Shown in pieces: positions 29,756 through 44,178 of a DNA stretch of 64,000 nucleotides. Position 1 is the first letter of the stretch, and each line of letters starts with the position of its first letter. Origin of the DNA: Phaeosaccion multiseriatum. Its lineage: Eukaryota > Protista > Ochrophyta, other classes. A program made the position numbers and the translations under genes. Where the stretch lies: assembly GCA_965112735.1 (NCBI GenBank), contig OZ218961.1:1736001-1800000 (forward strand), read 5' to 3'. Below the pieces are notes generated by a model. The model saw only the letters and a list, made by a program, of their open reading frames with translations, made no database searches and was not told where the DNA came from.

Positions 29756-32055
29756 ATGGAGCAGCTCCTGCAGGAGCAGGTTCCACGGGAGCGTGAGCAT
29801 GACCTTGAGCACGCGGGAGGGGGGGTGTACGCTGTGAAGGACGCCCTTATGCTCCTCATACCACTCGTACTCTTCTACAAACTCGCCTGGTAGGTTGGTC
29901 GAAGGTCAGGATGGCAGAGGAGGCAGTGAAGGCAAGGAAGGAGGGCGAAGAGGGAAATAAGACAAGCAACCAACCGCCAGTCGGCCCATCCCCCCCCGAA
30001 CAGGTTTTACTTCAAGGAAGGCTTGTTTCCCCATCGCGACATCTTCGCCAGCCCTATGGGCTTTGGGGAGTCCGCCCATGCCATCCATCTGCACACGGCA
30101 GGGAGAGTGTTTTCAGCAAACATGGCGCTCTTCGCCTGTATCTTTGAGGTGAGGCAGTAGTCAGTAGGTAGCTCTGGTGAAACGGCAGGCAGTAGCTCCG
30201 TCCTTCCTCAGTCCTCCCTTCCCTTTGCTGTGCCTTTGACAAGTATACCCGCCCCCCCCCCCACCCCTCCCAACGTGTCCCATTAATCTTGTGGGGCAGC
30301 TCGTGATTGTGGAGATTGCAGGGCTCATGCACTCCGACACACGCTCTCTGGCGTGGAGGCTGTGCTTGGGAGCTTCGACTTTCAATCTCCACGCCGTCAC
30401 GCCAGCGCTGATCGTCTTCACAACGCTCGCCCAGACTGGCATCGCGCGGTGAGGTCTCTCTTCTGCCGTTTCACCCCGAACAGCCCTTCCCTTCAACCGG
30501 GAGGCGTAGACTGAACGCCCTGCCTCCTCCACTTGTTGCTGTTTCACCCATGCGTCTGGTCGGTCCTCAGGGGGGCGTCCATTGCCGTGACCGGTGTCCT
30601 CATGCTGGTGGGCGTGCTGGGGTTGTGGTGGGTGGATGAGTCGATTCGGCAAAGCACACAAACAGAGTGGCAAGAAATTGACCAGCATTTTCTTTGTCTG
30701 AGTGCTTCGCTGGCAAGGATAGGTGAGCACGAATCATCGTATATACACTTGTTTACGGTACTTCGGCGCGCTCTCGGCCTCTGACGGACAACATCAACAA
30801 CCGTCCCTGTGTGTGTGCGCGCGTATGTGCACAGGCGTCTTCGGTGTGATGCTGGTGGCAGTGACGAGTGGGTTTGGCGCCGTGAACTTCCCCTTCACCA
30901 CGCTCTCGTCAGCTTTCCACATGTCCCCTGCAGTCGGTGAGTAGCCCTTCCTTCCTGTCGAGGGAGCGAGTACTTTTTTACCCAACGCACTGCCCCACTC
31001 AGTGCTTTCTGGTCGGGTCCTTCGTAACCCCCCCCTCCCCTTCCTCTCCCTCCCTCCAGTCGCCGCCAAGGAGCAGCACCTGCACGGCACGCTGGTCCAG
31101 CTGGGCCTCAGGAAGAGAGATCTCATCACGCTCAGGCAGCAAGGGCCTGCCAACGGAGGCCGCAGCCGCAGATTCGGGTTGGGCAGTAACGGCGGCGGCC
31201 AAGGAGGGCTGTCGGAGCAGAGCCTGCAACTGCAAGTGGAGGCGCTGGAAGCTGTGGCCCAACAAGTGTTTGCGGAGATCCGCACGGCAAGACAGAGGCG
31301 ACCGGGGGGTCCCATGTCCACCCTGGCGGGTGTGGTGATGCTTGTCTTCTGCATTGTTAAGCTTGGCCTGGCCGCTCGCTCTCTGCTGGTCCAAGGCGGG
31401 CCCTCCAATGGCAGCGAGAGCCCAGGGAGAGACCCCGTAACGCGCTGGATGGGCTTCTTTGGGGTCGACGGCGTGTGGATCACCCAACTTGTCTCCTTCA
31501 TCTTCATCAGCGTGCTCGTCTTCAACACAGCACGCGGCTTCGTCCAGACCTCCATGCAGCTGAGCCGGGCCTCCACCCTGACCCTGGGCGCGTCTGTGTC
31601 TCCCTCGCTGCTGGCCCTCCTGCTTGTGGAGCTCATGGGCTCCTCGCTCACTGCCAGCGTGCTTCTGCTCCGCATCAATCTGCCCCACCGATTCCGCGTC
31701 GCCATCACCGGTGCCCTTGGCAACATTCGGTATGTGTATCTTCTCTCTCTCTCCTCGGAGGGCTAGAGATAGTCCTTGGCTGGAAAGGCACCCGACATTG
31801 TAAGGTATCAACATATCACCACATGCTCTTCCCCCGTCACATAGGTTCACCTTCTACCACCGATGGTTCGACTCCATCTTTCTGCTGTCCGGTGCCATCT
31901 CTGCCCTGGTGCTCTTCACGCAGCAAGCGCAGCAGCGGCACAATACCAGCATCAGCAGCAGCATCGACGATGGCAGCGTGGACGGCGGAGCTGCAGTAGC
32001 GAGAGGTGACCGCTTATCGGCTGCGCGGTCCTCTCGTCACGACCATGTGCACTGA
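29756..32055 (+). CDS. GPR89/GPHR/GTG-family membrane protein (Golgi pH regulator-like), about 7 exons
   Basis: Spliced CIFE|LVIVEI, RIG|VFGVMLVAVTSGFGAVNFP, DPVTR, VELMG..SVLLLRINLP..FR, FYHRWFDSIFL. Confidence 0.85.
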
Positions 32056-32306
32056 GCCCCAAGCGCCGCTTCTTGGCTCCATCTCGCCCTCAAAGGGCAC
32101 AGTGCGCGTGACACACCTCTTCGCCTGCGCGCTTCGCTTCGCCCTGGACATGCATGGCATGGCAGGAGCGAGCTCCACCGCAAGCGCCTCCCTTGGCTTT
32201 GCAGGCATCATGGAGGGGGAGGTGTTCGAATGCGGCGTCCCCCCTCCTCCACGACCAGGGCAAGAGACCACGCAAACCAACAATGGATGGATGGCAACTG
32301 ATGGCA

Positions 32307-33350
32307 TCACTTCTCCACCTGTGCCATAGCCTTCGTGACGATGGGCGTCCAGATGGAGAGGAACCTGTCCACGTCAATCTGCATGAGGGTGCCCACCCCG
32401 CCCCAGACCAGCCTGTCCGGCAGGCTGGCTACCGTGTCCTCGATGGTGCGCATCTTGTTGAAGCCCGCCATCTGGTAGAAGCACACGAGCTTCCTCTCCA
32501 TCTTCTCCGAATCTCGAATGGCCAACAGCTCGGCTCTGTGTGAGGCGAAACCAGACCGAGAAAGGGAGGCGCGTTGGTCAGACGGACGGACGGACACACG
32601 TGCATCAAAGGGTGAAGTGCACCTCACCTCTTGCAGCCCTTGTCGTACGCGATGCGCATGGCGTATGCGGTGAGAACCCCGCTGAGCTGAAAGATGCCGT
32701 TGCCGGTCAGCAGTGGCCCGCCGTCCTTTGCCGTCTGCAGCATCAATAACAGAGAGCATCGGCACAACAGAGAGCTTAGTGCTCGCTCGACTCGATCCCC
32801 CTTCTACTCTACTCCTACGGGCTGTTCTCTGTGTGTCTTCCTTCGCACTCACCCGTACACTGTCCAGCTGTAGCACGTTCCCACGAAAAATCCCTTCAAA
32901 GTATCCCAGTTCTCGGTCGTCGGTCAGTCGCCGGCAGCTCACCTACGGCACACACATCGAATCGACCGGCAAAGCACATCAATGCGTGCGCTAAATGATG
33001 TCTCGTGTTGCAGCCGGCTCTCCCTGCCCCAGACGAGAACGAACCTTTATAAAGGTCCCGAGAATCCCGGCCTCCTCCAGCCTGCAGCCGTTCCTCTCGC
33101 AGTACTGCTCGAGGTCCTTCAGAGTGTAGGGTTCAGAGGGTCTCGTCACCTCCCCCCCACTGTCCCCAGAAGACGCTGCTACCTCCAAAGTACCCACAGC
33201 TGGGCGCCTGTGGTGGAGGAGGTCGAAGTGCTGCAGGGCGGGACGCCCTGAGTCTCCTGCGGATGCCGGGCGCGCATGCACAGCCAGCGCGACAGGCCTG
33301 AAGCCCTCCGCTCCCCCGATTGCCAGGCACAGAAGGAAACCACTCTTCAT
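32307..33350 (-). CDS. Plastid-targeted conserved GNAT-like protein of the plant/cyanobacterial 'AELLAI...LVWGG' family
   Basis: Leader MKSGFLLCLAIGGAEG-F; GCK|RAELLAIRD..KLVCFYQMAGF..DRLVWGGVGTLM. Confidence 0.65.
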
Positions 33351-33625
33351 GCTCGCGCGTGGTGACAAGAGTGAAAAAAAAAAGGGGGAGTGTTGGTCCT
33401 CCAATCACCCACCCACAGTTGTCGATTTATTCAGCTCTTTCCCCTCTTTTTCCCTAGCTTCCTCCCCTCTGCGAGAGGCTAAAGAAGAGTTGCCGACGAT
33501 GGGGCTGAAGAGGCGTATCCAGCAATGCTTGATGGGCGCCATGTGCTGCTCAGCGGCTGTTCGCTTCGCCAGCGCAAAGTACGTTCAGTGTGGGGGGTCC
33601 TCTTCCGCCCGTTCCGAGTGGAGCG

Positions 33626-34807
33626 ATGCGCCCCTCGATCCTGACGACCTCTTCTATCTTGCTTCTTCTTCTCGCTTGCAGATCCCTGGCGGGCTACTCT
33701 CCCATACGAGCGCGCATAACCAAAGAGATGACGGACGCGGAGAAGGCGGGACTGCTCGGGCAACCCAAGCTCTCTCGAGTTCCCTCGGTCGCGGTAAGTA
33801 AGGCTGCTTCCTCAGATACTGCTATCGCGGTCCTCATCACCCCGACATCACAAGTGCTACTGCTCCCGCACCTGGTAGTGCAGCTACTGCCGCTCACAAG
33901 GTGTCCATGCCATTTCTCCTCGCCCCCGCTCTCAACTCACCCACAGGTGTCAAAAGGGGAGTCACCAGGAGCAGTAGACGGAGGGGCAGCAGCACAGAGT
34001 AGAAACAATAGCACTAGTCAAGGGAAGAGCAGCAGCAGTAACAGCAAGAGGGACACCGACGTTCGGTTATGGGTTAACCCTGCCAATATGTTGGAATGGC
34101 ACTACACGATATCAGGCCCCGTGGGCACCCCCTTCGAAGGCGGGCTGTACCACGGGCGCATCATGCTCCCCCCCAACTACCCCAACGCGCCCCCTTCCAT
34201 CGTAATGTTCACTCCGAGTGGGCGCTTTGCACCCAACAAGCGCATTTGCCTCAGCGCCAGTGAGTTCCACCCTGAATCCTGGACGCCGGGGTGGACGATT
34301 CAGATGCTGGCGAGGGCCCTCATCCCCCACATGCACACGGAGGCGGCTCTGGAGATTGGCAGCCTCAGCACCACTCCGACGGAGAAGAAGTATCTGGCAG
34401 CGAGGAGTCGCTCCTATCGCTGCAAGGCCCCGTGGTGCAGCTGCGTACACGCCGCCTTCGACAGCACGGACTGGCCGGCTCCGCCTCTCTCCGTGGACGA
34501 CCCTTCCTTCGCAAAGTTGCGCCAACGCCACCTCTCTTCCAAGGCGGGCAGGGTGAAGCGGCGGGGCGGGAATGGCAAGGCCAGCGGCAAGAAGGGCGGG
34601 AGAGGCAAGGGGGCAAGCGAGACGCAGCAGCGGCAGACTGAGCAGATGCAGCAGCGGCGAGGCGGAGGGGCGATTAAGGCCGTGGCGATGCTGGAGAAGG
34701 CTGTAGCGGCATCGTCGTGGGCTCGACTGGTGCTGCTGGGGCTTGCCGTGGTTATTGCCTTGAACATGATGAGCGCAAGTCTCGCACAAGTCCTGCGCCC
34801 CGTGTAA
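33626..34807 (+). CDS. Ubiquitin-conjugating enzyme E2, UBC6/UBE2J type, with N-terminal signal peptide and C-terminal TM; probable intron 33794-33946
   Basis: NMLEWHYTISGP.GTPFEGGLYHG, TPSGRF.PNKRICLS.SEFHPESW (catalytic Cys), hydrophobic tail LVLLGLAVVIALNMM. Confidence 0.9.
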   Translation: MRPSILTTSSILLLLLACRSLAGYSPIRARITKEMTDAEKAGLLGQPKLSRVPSVAVSKAASSDTAIAVLITPTSQVLLLPHLVVQLLPLTRCPCHFSSPPLSTHPQVSKGESPGAVDGGAAAQSRNNSTSQGKSSSSNSKRDTDVRLWVNPANMLEWHYTISGPVGTPFEGGLYHGRIMLPPNYPNAPPSIVMFTPSGRFAPNKRICLSASEFHPESWTPGWTIQMLARALIPHMHTEAALEIGSLSTTPTEKKYLAARSRSYRCKAPWCSCVHAAFDSTDWPAPPLSVDDPSFAKLRQRHLSSKAGRVKRRGGNGKASGKKGGRGKGASETQQRQTEQMQQRRGGGAIKAVAMLEKAVAASSWARLVLLGLAVVIALNMMSASLAQVLRPV

Positions 34808-35105
34808 GAAGGCACACTTAACCCATGTATGTCCCAATCAATGTATATACAATTTTTTATTTGCCTCTGCCTTCCCGTGCTTTCCCTCGGGCGTTTTGTC
34901 TCCCCCGTCAGTCTCCAGAGGAGTGTGCCACTCGGCCGCTTCCTCTCCAGCCCTCCCCGCTGCTCCAAAGGCCCCTTCGCCGAAGAGGCGCGCGGGGGGG
35001 GGGGGGTTGTTTCGTCTCCGCCTTCTAGACAGGGGAGAGCAGCACCGCGCCTCACCTCCACCTCTCGTGAAAACACCGAGAGCTTGGCGTGTGAGAGCGA
35101 CGCTT

Positions 35106-38010
35106 TCACCCCGTCAACTTGGCGTGCCCAGTCTCCTTGAGGTGTGCAAACAGCTTGGAGCGGCTCCCGAAGCTCTGGCTACACACGCGGCATCTGTTCA
35201 GGGTAGCGCCTTCTCCGGACGCCCCTGACGCTGCTGCCGTTCTCCCGGCGGCTCTGTTTGCACGAGATTTGCGTCGATTTTGCTCTTTCCGACCCTTCTT
35301 TGGCTTCCCACCACCCCCTTCCGCTTTTCCATCAGCACAGCTCTTGGCGTCTACTCCCAATGTGTCCGCCTTCGCAGCCTTGGGACCTTGCTCGCTCTCA
35401 GCAGTAGCGCCTTTCCCACCCCCCTCCTCCTCGCCCTCTTCCCCTTCCTCCTCCTCGTCGTCGTCCTCGTCCTCTTCCTCTTCCTCGTCCTCCTCATCAC
35501 TCTCGCTATCCCTTGCAAGTGCCTTTTGATCAGCTTCTTTTCGCCGCCCATGGGATACGAGGCGAGAGAGGTCGAACTCGTCCTCTGAACTACTACTACT
35601 GCTGTCCTCGCCGCTGTCACCCTCCCCCCCGCCCTCCTCCTTCACTTGCTGCTGTTGTTTCCGCCGAGCGTTTCCCTGGCCACTCCCTGATTTCGCTAAC
35701 TTTAAAATATCCACTTCCTCATCACCACTTTCTTCTTCCTCTTCCGTCTCCTCCTGCTCCTCCTCATCCTCTGCCTCGTCCAGATGCAAGCCCAGCTCCA
35801 TCTCAGCTATGATAGGATCGACGTACAAGTCATCATCGGAGGCAGTATCACCGCCCCCGTCTTCCTCCCCATCTTCATCTTCCTCTTCGTCGCTGCTGCT
35901 GCTGCTGCTGCACTCCTCCTCCTCCCGCGCAGCCCTCGCCTCCGCCGCTCTGGCTTCTGCCTGTGCCTCCTGCAGCATCTGCCGATCGAGCTTCTCCAGC
36001 AATTTCTTGTGTTGCTTGCTGTTCTCATGATTGGCCATGGCCTTGTCACTCTTGAAGTCCTTCTTGCATAGCGCACATCGGTACACGACGTTGTTGTCTT
36101 TGCGTGCTTTGCATCCTCGCTTCTTGCCTTCATCCTCCTCGTCTTCGTCCGCCAGTCTGTACACGTGCCCTGCCAAAGCTGGAGGGATAGGCAGAGGTAA
36201 ACAGCAGCAGAGTCGGCAAGGTGGGATGGATGAGGGGGACAACAACTGACAGTGGACTGTGAGGAGGATAGGGCGAGTTCGTGCGGGATATATGGACGGA
36301 TGGACGAACGGACTGACCTTCCTCCTCTTCTCTCTCCATCTCCCTGGCTCTCTGCTCTTGCCATTCTGCCTTGGACTGCTTCATCTTTGCGGCCTTCTCT
36401 TTCTCTCGCCCCTTCTGGGCCTTCTCCTTCTCCTCCCTGAGATAGATGTTGGAGACCGTACGTACGTGCCCAGGCAACCGACGAAGCATATGGGAGGAGG
36501 GGAGAGTGGGGTACGTGAGACACTCAGGAACCCAAATCAGCTTACTCACAAGGAGCGGACTTACCTCTCGGCCTTCACCTTTAATCGCTCCTTCACCACT
36601 CTGACGTCTCGCCGCCTGAATGAAGGTGAAGAACACGAGTCGTCGAAGCGAACAGAACAGGGAAGGGGGCAGGAGGAGGGACGTTTTGTTTCTGGTCTTG
36701 TCCAGAAGGGATGCACTCAGCCCACTGGCGGCAACCAATCCAAGCGCCTTGGCTCCCACCAGCCCCACAGTGGGTAAATTTAGCATTGGACCCCCCTCAA
36801 AGGCTCACGTACCTGCAGAAGGCCACAAGGGCCCTTATCTCGTCCTGATACTTCTTCTTGGCGGCTCTGCGGGCCTTGTTGTTCTCAGCCTCCATCAGCC
36901 GCCGCACCCGGCGATTGGGGGCCTGAGAAGGAGGACAGAGGAGGATGCACAAGTCACCAAAACCATCGGAAAGAACTTCCATCGAGGATGAATATTCACC
37001 AAAACTCCACGTTTGTTTACGCCAGCGCATTCCTCACCACACTACACTCGAGTGTGTCAGTCAGTCAGTGCAACCTCCCTCCTACCTCGTTGTAGTTGTA
37101 CTCATCTTCCCACGAGAAGGACAGGTCGCTAACAAAGTGCAGCCAGTAGTTGTAGAAGGCAGACACTTCCGCGTACGGCGAGGTGCTGCCGCCAAAGCGA
37201 GGAGGATGCTTGCCCCCACCTCCCCCCTCCTCCTCCTCCTCCTTTTCGTAAATCTCATCAAAGGCCCTATATACGTACACGGGGAGCCGCCGGGGAAGGG
37301 GGGAAGGTCATAGAGTCAGCAGCAGCAGCAGGAGGCCCGTAAGCGCATAGGGTGGACACCCTCAAACCACAAGCCCCCCCTCTCATCTCGCTCCACCCAC
37401 ATCGTACCTTGAGAAAACAGCATAGAAGCCCCCATCATCGTCCCCAAAGCCGCTGTACACGCCTGGATTGAAGTACTTGAACAGATCGGGAACTTGGCCC
37501 CCTCCTCCTCCCTCTCCCTCTTTCGAGCCTCCCTGGGGCCCGCTCTCCCCCCGCAGGATGGCGTCTCGGTGATCGTCGTACCACTTCCTCTCGTTGGCGT
37601 CTGACAGGACAGAGTACGCGTGCTGAATCTCCTGGAACCTAATCTTGGCCTCTTCGTCGTTTCCAACCTGTGTGTGCATGGGGTAGACTCAGGTGCATGA
37701 GAGAAGGGATCGAGGAGATGAGGAGGCACAAAGAATTACACCTTTGTGTTTGCTTACATTCTTGTCGGGGTGCCACTTCAAGGCGCTCTTCCTGTAAGCC
37801 TTTTTTAGTTCAGTATCCGACGCGCTCCGCTCCACGCCCAGCGTCTCATAGAGGCCTGTGGACGAAAAGAGAGAGAGAGCTGATGAGACTCGACCCCCCG
37901 TGTATTTTAGGTGATTGTTCTGCAACCGGCCGTTCCGCGACCAGTCAACGCGGGAAGTACAGTACGCAGCTTCATCACTTACACGTCTTCGGGGTGTGCA
38001 CAGACCCCAT
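35106..38010 (-). CDS. DNAJC21: DnaJ homolog subfamily C member 21 (Jjj1-like): J-domain + C2H2 zinc fingers, multi-exon
   Basis: [90 protein letters not shown]. Confidence 0.9.
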
Positions 38011-38320
38011 CAGCCAGAGAGATAGAGATGCCATGAGAAGGGCGATCCATCCTTGACTTACTACAGTTTCATGACTTACCCGCAATCACCCGCTGACTCT
38101 TTTTCTCTCTCCCCTTCGCGTAATAAAGCGATTGTGAGTCCAAAGTACAGTATCTACACTTCCCTGCTAAGCATAGTCTGCTGTTACACGACATCCATCC
38201 AAGCCAAGCCCAGGGTGAGAGAAGAGAGAGAGAGATACAGAGAGAGAGAGAGGCAGTGCGGTGGTTCCGCCCCTCCTTCCTTACTGTTTGTTCTCTTTGT
38301 CCCAGCAGCAGAGCGTCACC

Positions 38321-40021
<1,701 letters not shown>

Positions 40022-40209
40022 TAGCTGTGTGGCGTGTTGTCGGGCGGGCAAGCAGCAGGCACTTGAGCACTGGACGAGGACAGCAGACGAGTGTTTGGAT
40101 GACTCGCTGAATGTATATATATTTTGCGTGTATGGCCTGCGTTACTGTTGGCTGAAATTTTAATGCGTAGCGACCCCCAAATATATCCAGCAGTGCGGTC
40201 GACCCCTGA

Positions 40210-40451
40210 CGTGATTCTGAGGGCGTGGTTCGTGATTCTGGCGGCCACTGGAGGCGTATTCGTGATTTCGTGCACCGCTACAGCTAAGCTACAGGCGTGA
40301 TTCGTGATTCTGGGTGGTGCGCCTTAGAAATAGGGCAATGAATGACGTCATAGTGCATAGTAATACGTCAGGGAAACATGATTCGATTCTGGCGGCCGCC
40401 GGAGGCATGATTCGTGATTCTGTGCACCGCTACAGGCGTGATTCGTGTTTC
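40210..40451. repeat. Cluster of GCGTGATTCGTGATTC-like motifs forming two diverged ~75-85 bp blocks
   Basis: About 6-7 copies of (G)TGATTCGTGATT; blocks 40224-40311 and 40378-40451 share gattctggcggcc..ggaggc..tgcaccgctacag. Confidence 0.75.
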
Positions 40452-40924
40452 TCGCCCTCACAATCGCGTCAGGGGTCGAGGAGGAGCAGTAGGATTTTCC
40501 TTTCAGCCTCCCCCTGCGACCCATCAGTCGCTCTCTCGACCCCACACTCCACGCTCTCCTTCTTGGTGCACTCTGCACTTCTCCTGGCTTCTCAGGCTGG
40601 GAGAAAACAAAATTAAAAAGGGGGGGGGGGGCTCGCTACTGTCCTGCTGGCTTCTGAAGCCGCAGGCCCAGCCCCTGGCTTCTGCTTCTTATCGGGGGCC
40701 AGAGAAACCTCGCCTGGAACCTGGAACCCCCTCTTTCTACATCTCTCCTCTTTCGTTTTCGACTCCTTTTGCGACCCTGAACGGATTTTTTCCCGCTCTT
40801 CAAGTTCTTTTACTTTTACCAATGAATTATTAGTACCCCTTGGAAATGGGATTGAAGAGGAAGTTAGAGATACCGCCCGGCGATATATATATCCGCATTT
40901 ACTCCACGGAAGAAAGGCCTTACG

Positions 40925-43900
40925 ATGACTCGCTCCATCCTGCTGCTCTCGCTGCTGGGCATCACCACAAGCCACGCCTGCAAGGAGGCTGCTGGGAGCA
41001 ATCCTGATGACTGCCTTTCTTTTTTGACGGAGATTCAGGGCGAGACACTCGTTGCGACAAACAAGAGCGTCTACTGCGACCCCGCCTGCTTGGGTGGCGG
41101 CGAGAGTCTGTGGTGCAACGCCTTTGGGGTGGACCAAGCGTGCCGCCTCTGCCGCTTGACGGCAGATACGGATGGAGGGGTTGAAGAGGAGGAGGGCCCT
41201 CTGTGCCCCACAACAACGCAAGACGGCGGTGGACCTACTGCAACACCCACCACTGCCGGTGAAGAGGATGATCGGGTGTATGGCAGTCCTCTCCCCGTGC
41301 GTGGGTCTGAGCGGGGCGACGCAGGTGTTTTCACCCTCATCCCCTCCATCGGCACGCAGACCGCGTTTTACAAGGCCGGGGAATGTGGACTGCCCGAAGA
41401 AGTCGGCATCCGCATGACGGGAGAAGAGGTGAGTGGTGGGGGGGGGGGGAGAATTCAGTATGGGCCTCAGCCTGAATACCTTGGCGCGTTTCGAGCTTCT
41501 CCTGCTCTTGCTAGCGGCTCCTCCTCACTGCTGCTCTCCTCCTCCTCCTCACTGCTGCTCTCCTCCTCCTCCTCCTCCTCCTCCTCCTCCTCCTCCTCCT
41601 CCTCCTCCTCCTCCTCCTCCTCCTCCTCCTCCTCCTCCTCCTCCTCCTCCTCCTCCTCCTCCTCCTCCTCCTCCTCCTCCTCCTCCTCCTCCTCCTCCTC
41701 CTCCTCCTCCTCCTCCTCCTCCTCCTCCTCCTCCTCCTCCTCCTCCTCCTCCTCCTCCTCCTCCTCCTCCTCCTCCTCCTCCTCCTCCTCCTCCTCCTCC
41801 TCCTCCTCCTCCTCCTCCTCCTCCTCCTCCTCCTCCTCCTCCTCCTCCTCCTCCTCCTCCTCCTCCTCCTCCTCCTCCTCCTCCTCCTCCTCCTCCTCCT
41901 CCTCCTCCTCCTCCTCCTCCTCCTCCTCCTCCTCCTCCTCCTCCTCCTCCTCCTCCTCCTCCTCCTCCTCCTCCTCCTCCTCCTCCTCCTCCTCCTCCTC
42001 CTCCTCCTCCTCCTCCTCCTCCTCCTCCTCCTCCTCCTCCTCCTCCTCCTCCTCCTCCTCCTCCTCCTCCTCCTCCTCCTCCTCCTCCTCCTCCTCCTCC
42101 TCCTCCTCCTCCTCCTCCTCCTCCTCCTCCTCCTCCTCCTCCTCCTCCTCCTCCTCCTCCTCCTCCTCCTCCTCCTCCTCCTCCTCCTCCTCCTCCTCCT
42201 CCTCCTCCTCCTCCTTCTCCTTCTCCTCCTCCTCCTCCTCCTCCTCCTCCTCCTCCTCCTCGCTCCTCCTCCTCGCTCCTCCTCGCTCCTCTTCCTTCAA
42301 CTTCTTGTTTGGCCTACTGATGCATTCCTCTCTCTGGGGCCTCCTCCTCAGACGATGGATCCGGATCTACTGTACGTGTGGGGAACGCTGGAGGACGGCA
42401 TCGATTACGTGCGCCTGCCCAACGAAGCCGTCCTCAGCACGCCTTTCCAGGCCATCGGCTCATCATCCTCGCCTTTCGGCCACCCCGGAGACCAAGTAAG
42501 TCAAGGTGGTGTTGCAGCTTCTAACGCGAGGAGGGCGGGGGAGAAAGACAGATTATCCGACTCAGGTCTATACTCATCCGTTCGCATCATCTCTCCCCCT
42601 AGAACTTCCTTAGCTGCCATTCGATGCCATTGCTTACTGGGTCTGGTCTGGTCTCTCCCTGCCTGCAGCAGTTGCATCGTTGCCCCTGCCTGCCTCTCGC
42701 CGGCTGCCTGCCTGTCGCCGTCGCTACTCACTCCCTACTCGACTTACCATGCGGCTCTGCAACAACTGCATCATCCTCACATGTGCTTGTGCTTCGCAGT
42801 ACGCGGTGCCGCACTACGACTATCATTTCTTCTTCTGGTCGCCGCTGGAGAATAGGGAGCAGACCCCCCAAATGGAGTGTACCCCCCCCATGGGCCCGCC
42901 TCCAGATGTTGGAGTCAATTTCCTGTGCCTCCCTGACGAAACCAACGCTCATCTGTAAGTGGCGATGGCCCCACTCCCACCTGGCCTTGGCTGGTGTAGA
43001 GTCGCTCTCTCCTGCTCTCCTCCATAACCGAGCGTCTATTGGCCTAGTTAGGTGTTAGACTCGGTCGGATGGCACTAGACGCCCATGCCATGCATCTCTG
43101 CCTGTCTTTTTCCCTGCTCTGAGGCTGCTGCGTGGTTGGTTGGTTCCCCTCCTCTCGCTGTAGCTACTGCATAGAGTCCTTTATATGTCTCACCCTACCC
43201 TATTGCCAACGTCCCCTCTTCGTGTGGCCTCAGCTTCGTGTCTCACCCCCCCTTCCCCCTCTCCCCTGTCCGCCTCGCCGCCCCCTCTCCCCTCTCCACC
43301 TCGCCCCCCCCCCCCCCTCAGCTTCACGCCAGACCCAGAAACCAACCACCCCCGCCCCGGCCCCTGGGGCGTGGAGTGTCCGGACTGCCAGGCTGCTGAC
43401 AAATACCTCGGCTACCCTTGCTTGATGCCCGAGAGCTACCTTCCGAACATTGCAGTCCCTCACATGGGCATGCACCACGTGCCGGCGAAGAGCCCAGACT
43501 ACCCCGATGGGCCCCCAGGCTGCGATGACCCGGATGACGGAGTAAGTGTGTGTGTGTGTGTGCGTGTGCGTGGGGGCACAATACGTATCATTATTAATCA
43601 ACCCCCCCCCCCCCCCCACGCTTACGCACTCCTTCAGGTGAACGGCTGGACCCGAATGGACCCCTGCTTCACACACGTGCACTTGCTGGGGACGTACGAT
43701 GCTGAGCTAACCTTTACGGAGATCATGATCACTGTTGACCTCATGACTGGTTTGGAGGTGGGCGCCGAGCCTGAGTGCTTCCCCACTGCTATCTATGCCG
43801 ACACGCCGATGAGCCGGGCGGGTGAGTACCCCTTGACGTACTGCGTGAGTAGGCCCGAGGTCGACGTGTTCGACTTCTTCTACAAGGACTTTGTCTTCAT

Positions 43901-43946
43901 CGACTACACCTTGGACTGCCCCGCAGCAGCAGCAGCGGCAGTGTAG
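40925..43946 (+). CDS. Secreted protein: signal peptide + Cys-rich module + DUF5602/TTHB210-like domain; exons 40925-41428, 42352-42495, 42800-42955, 43322-43541, 43638-43946
   Basis: MTRSILLLSLLGITTSHA; FGHPGDQ|YAVPHYDYHFF, AVPHMGMH, FTHVHLLGTYDAELTFTEIMIT, YPLTYCV. Confidence 0.6.
41560..42260. repeat. ~700-bp (TCC)n microsatellite in intron 1
   Basis: Direct inspection. Confidence 0.97.
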
Positions 43947-44178
43947 CTTCATCCTTCTGGCCATAGCCTCTACTGGTGTGGAGGTTGAAGTAGCTCGCGC
44001 CCTTTTCATTGCCGAGCAGGGCTAGTTGTTTTCCTTCCCCCTTACTACAGTACATACTTGTCTTTCTTTATTCCTGACACTGAGGAAGGTCTTTGCCCTG
44101 GGCCCGAGACCATCCACCCCCCTCCTATATGATGATCTCCGCTGTGGTTGTATGATGAAGTTTTACTGCTCCTCCTGC

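Noticed and set aside
29624-29900. Coding-looking minus-strand frame (EFVEEYEWYEEH...)
   Set aside because: It is the antisense of GPR89 exon 1
40210-40451. Possible CRISPR-like repeat-spacer array
   Set aside because: Repeats are short and degenerate, and the spacers are themselves duplicated
41433-42499. Poly-Ser/Pro/Glu ORFs of 270-520 aa
   Set aside because: Translations of an intronic (TCC)n tract; canonical splice sites at 41429 and 42351 remove it
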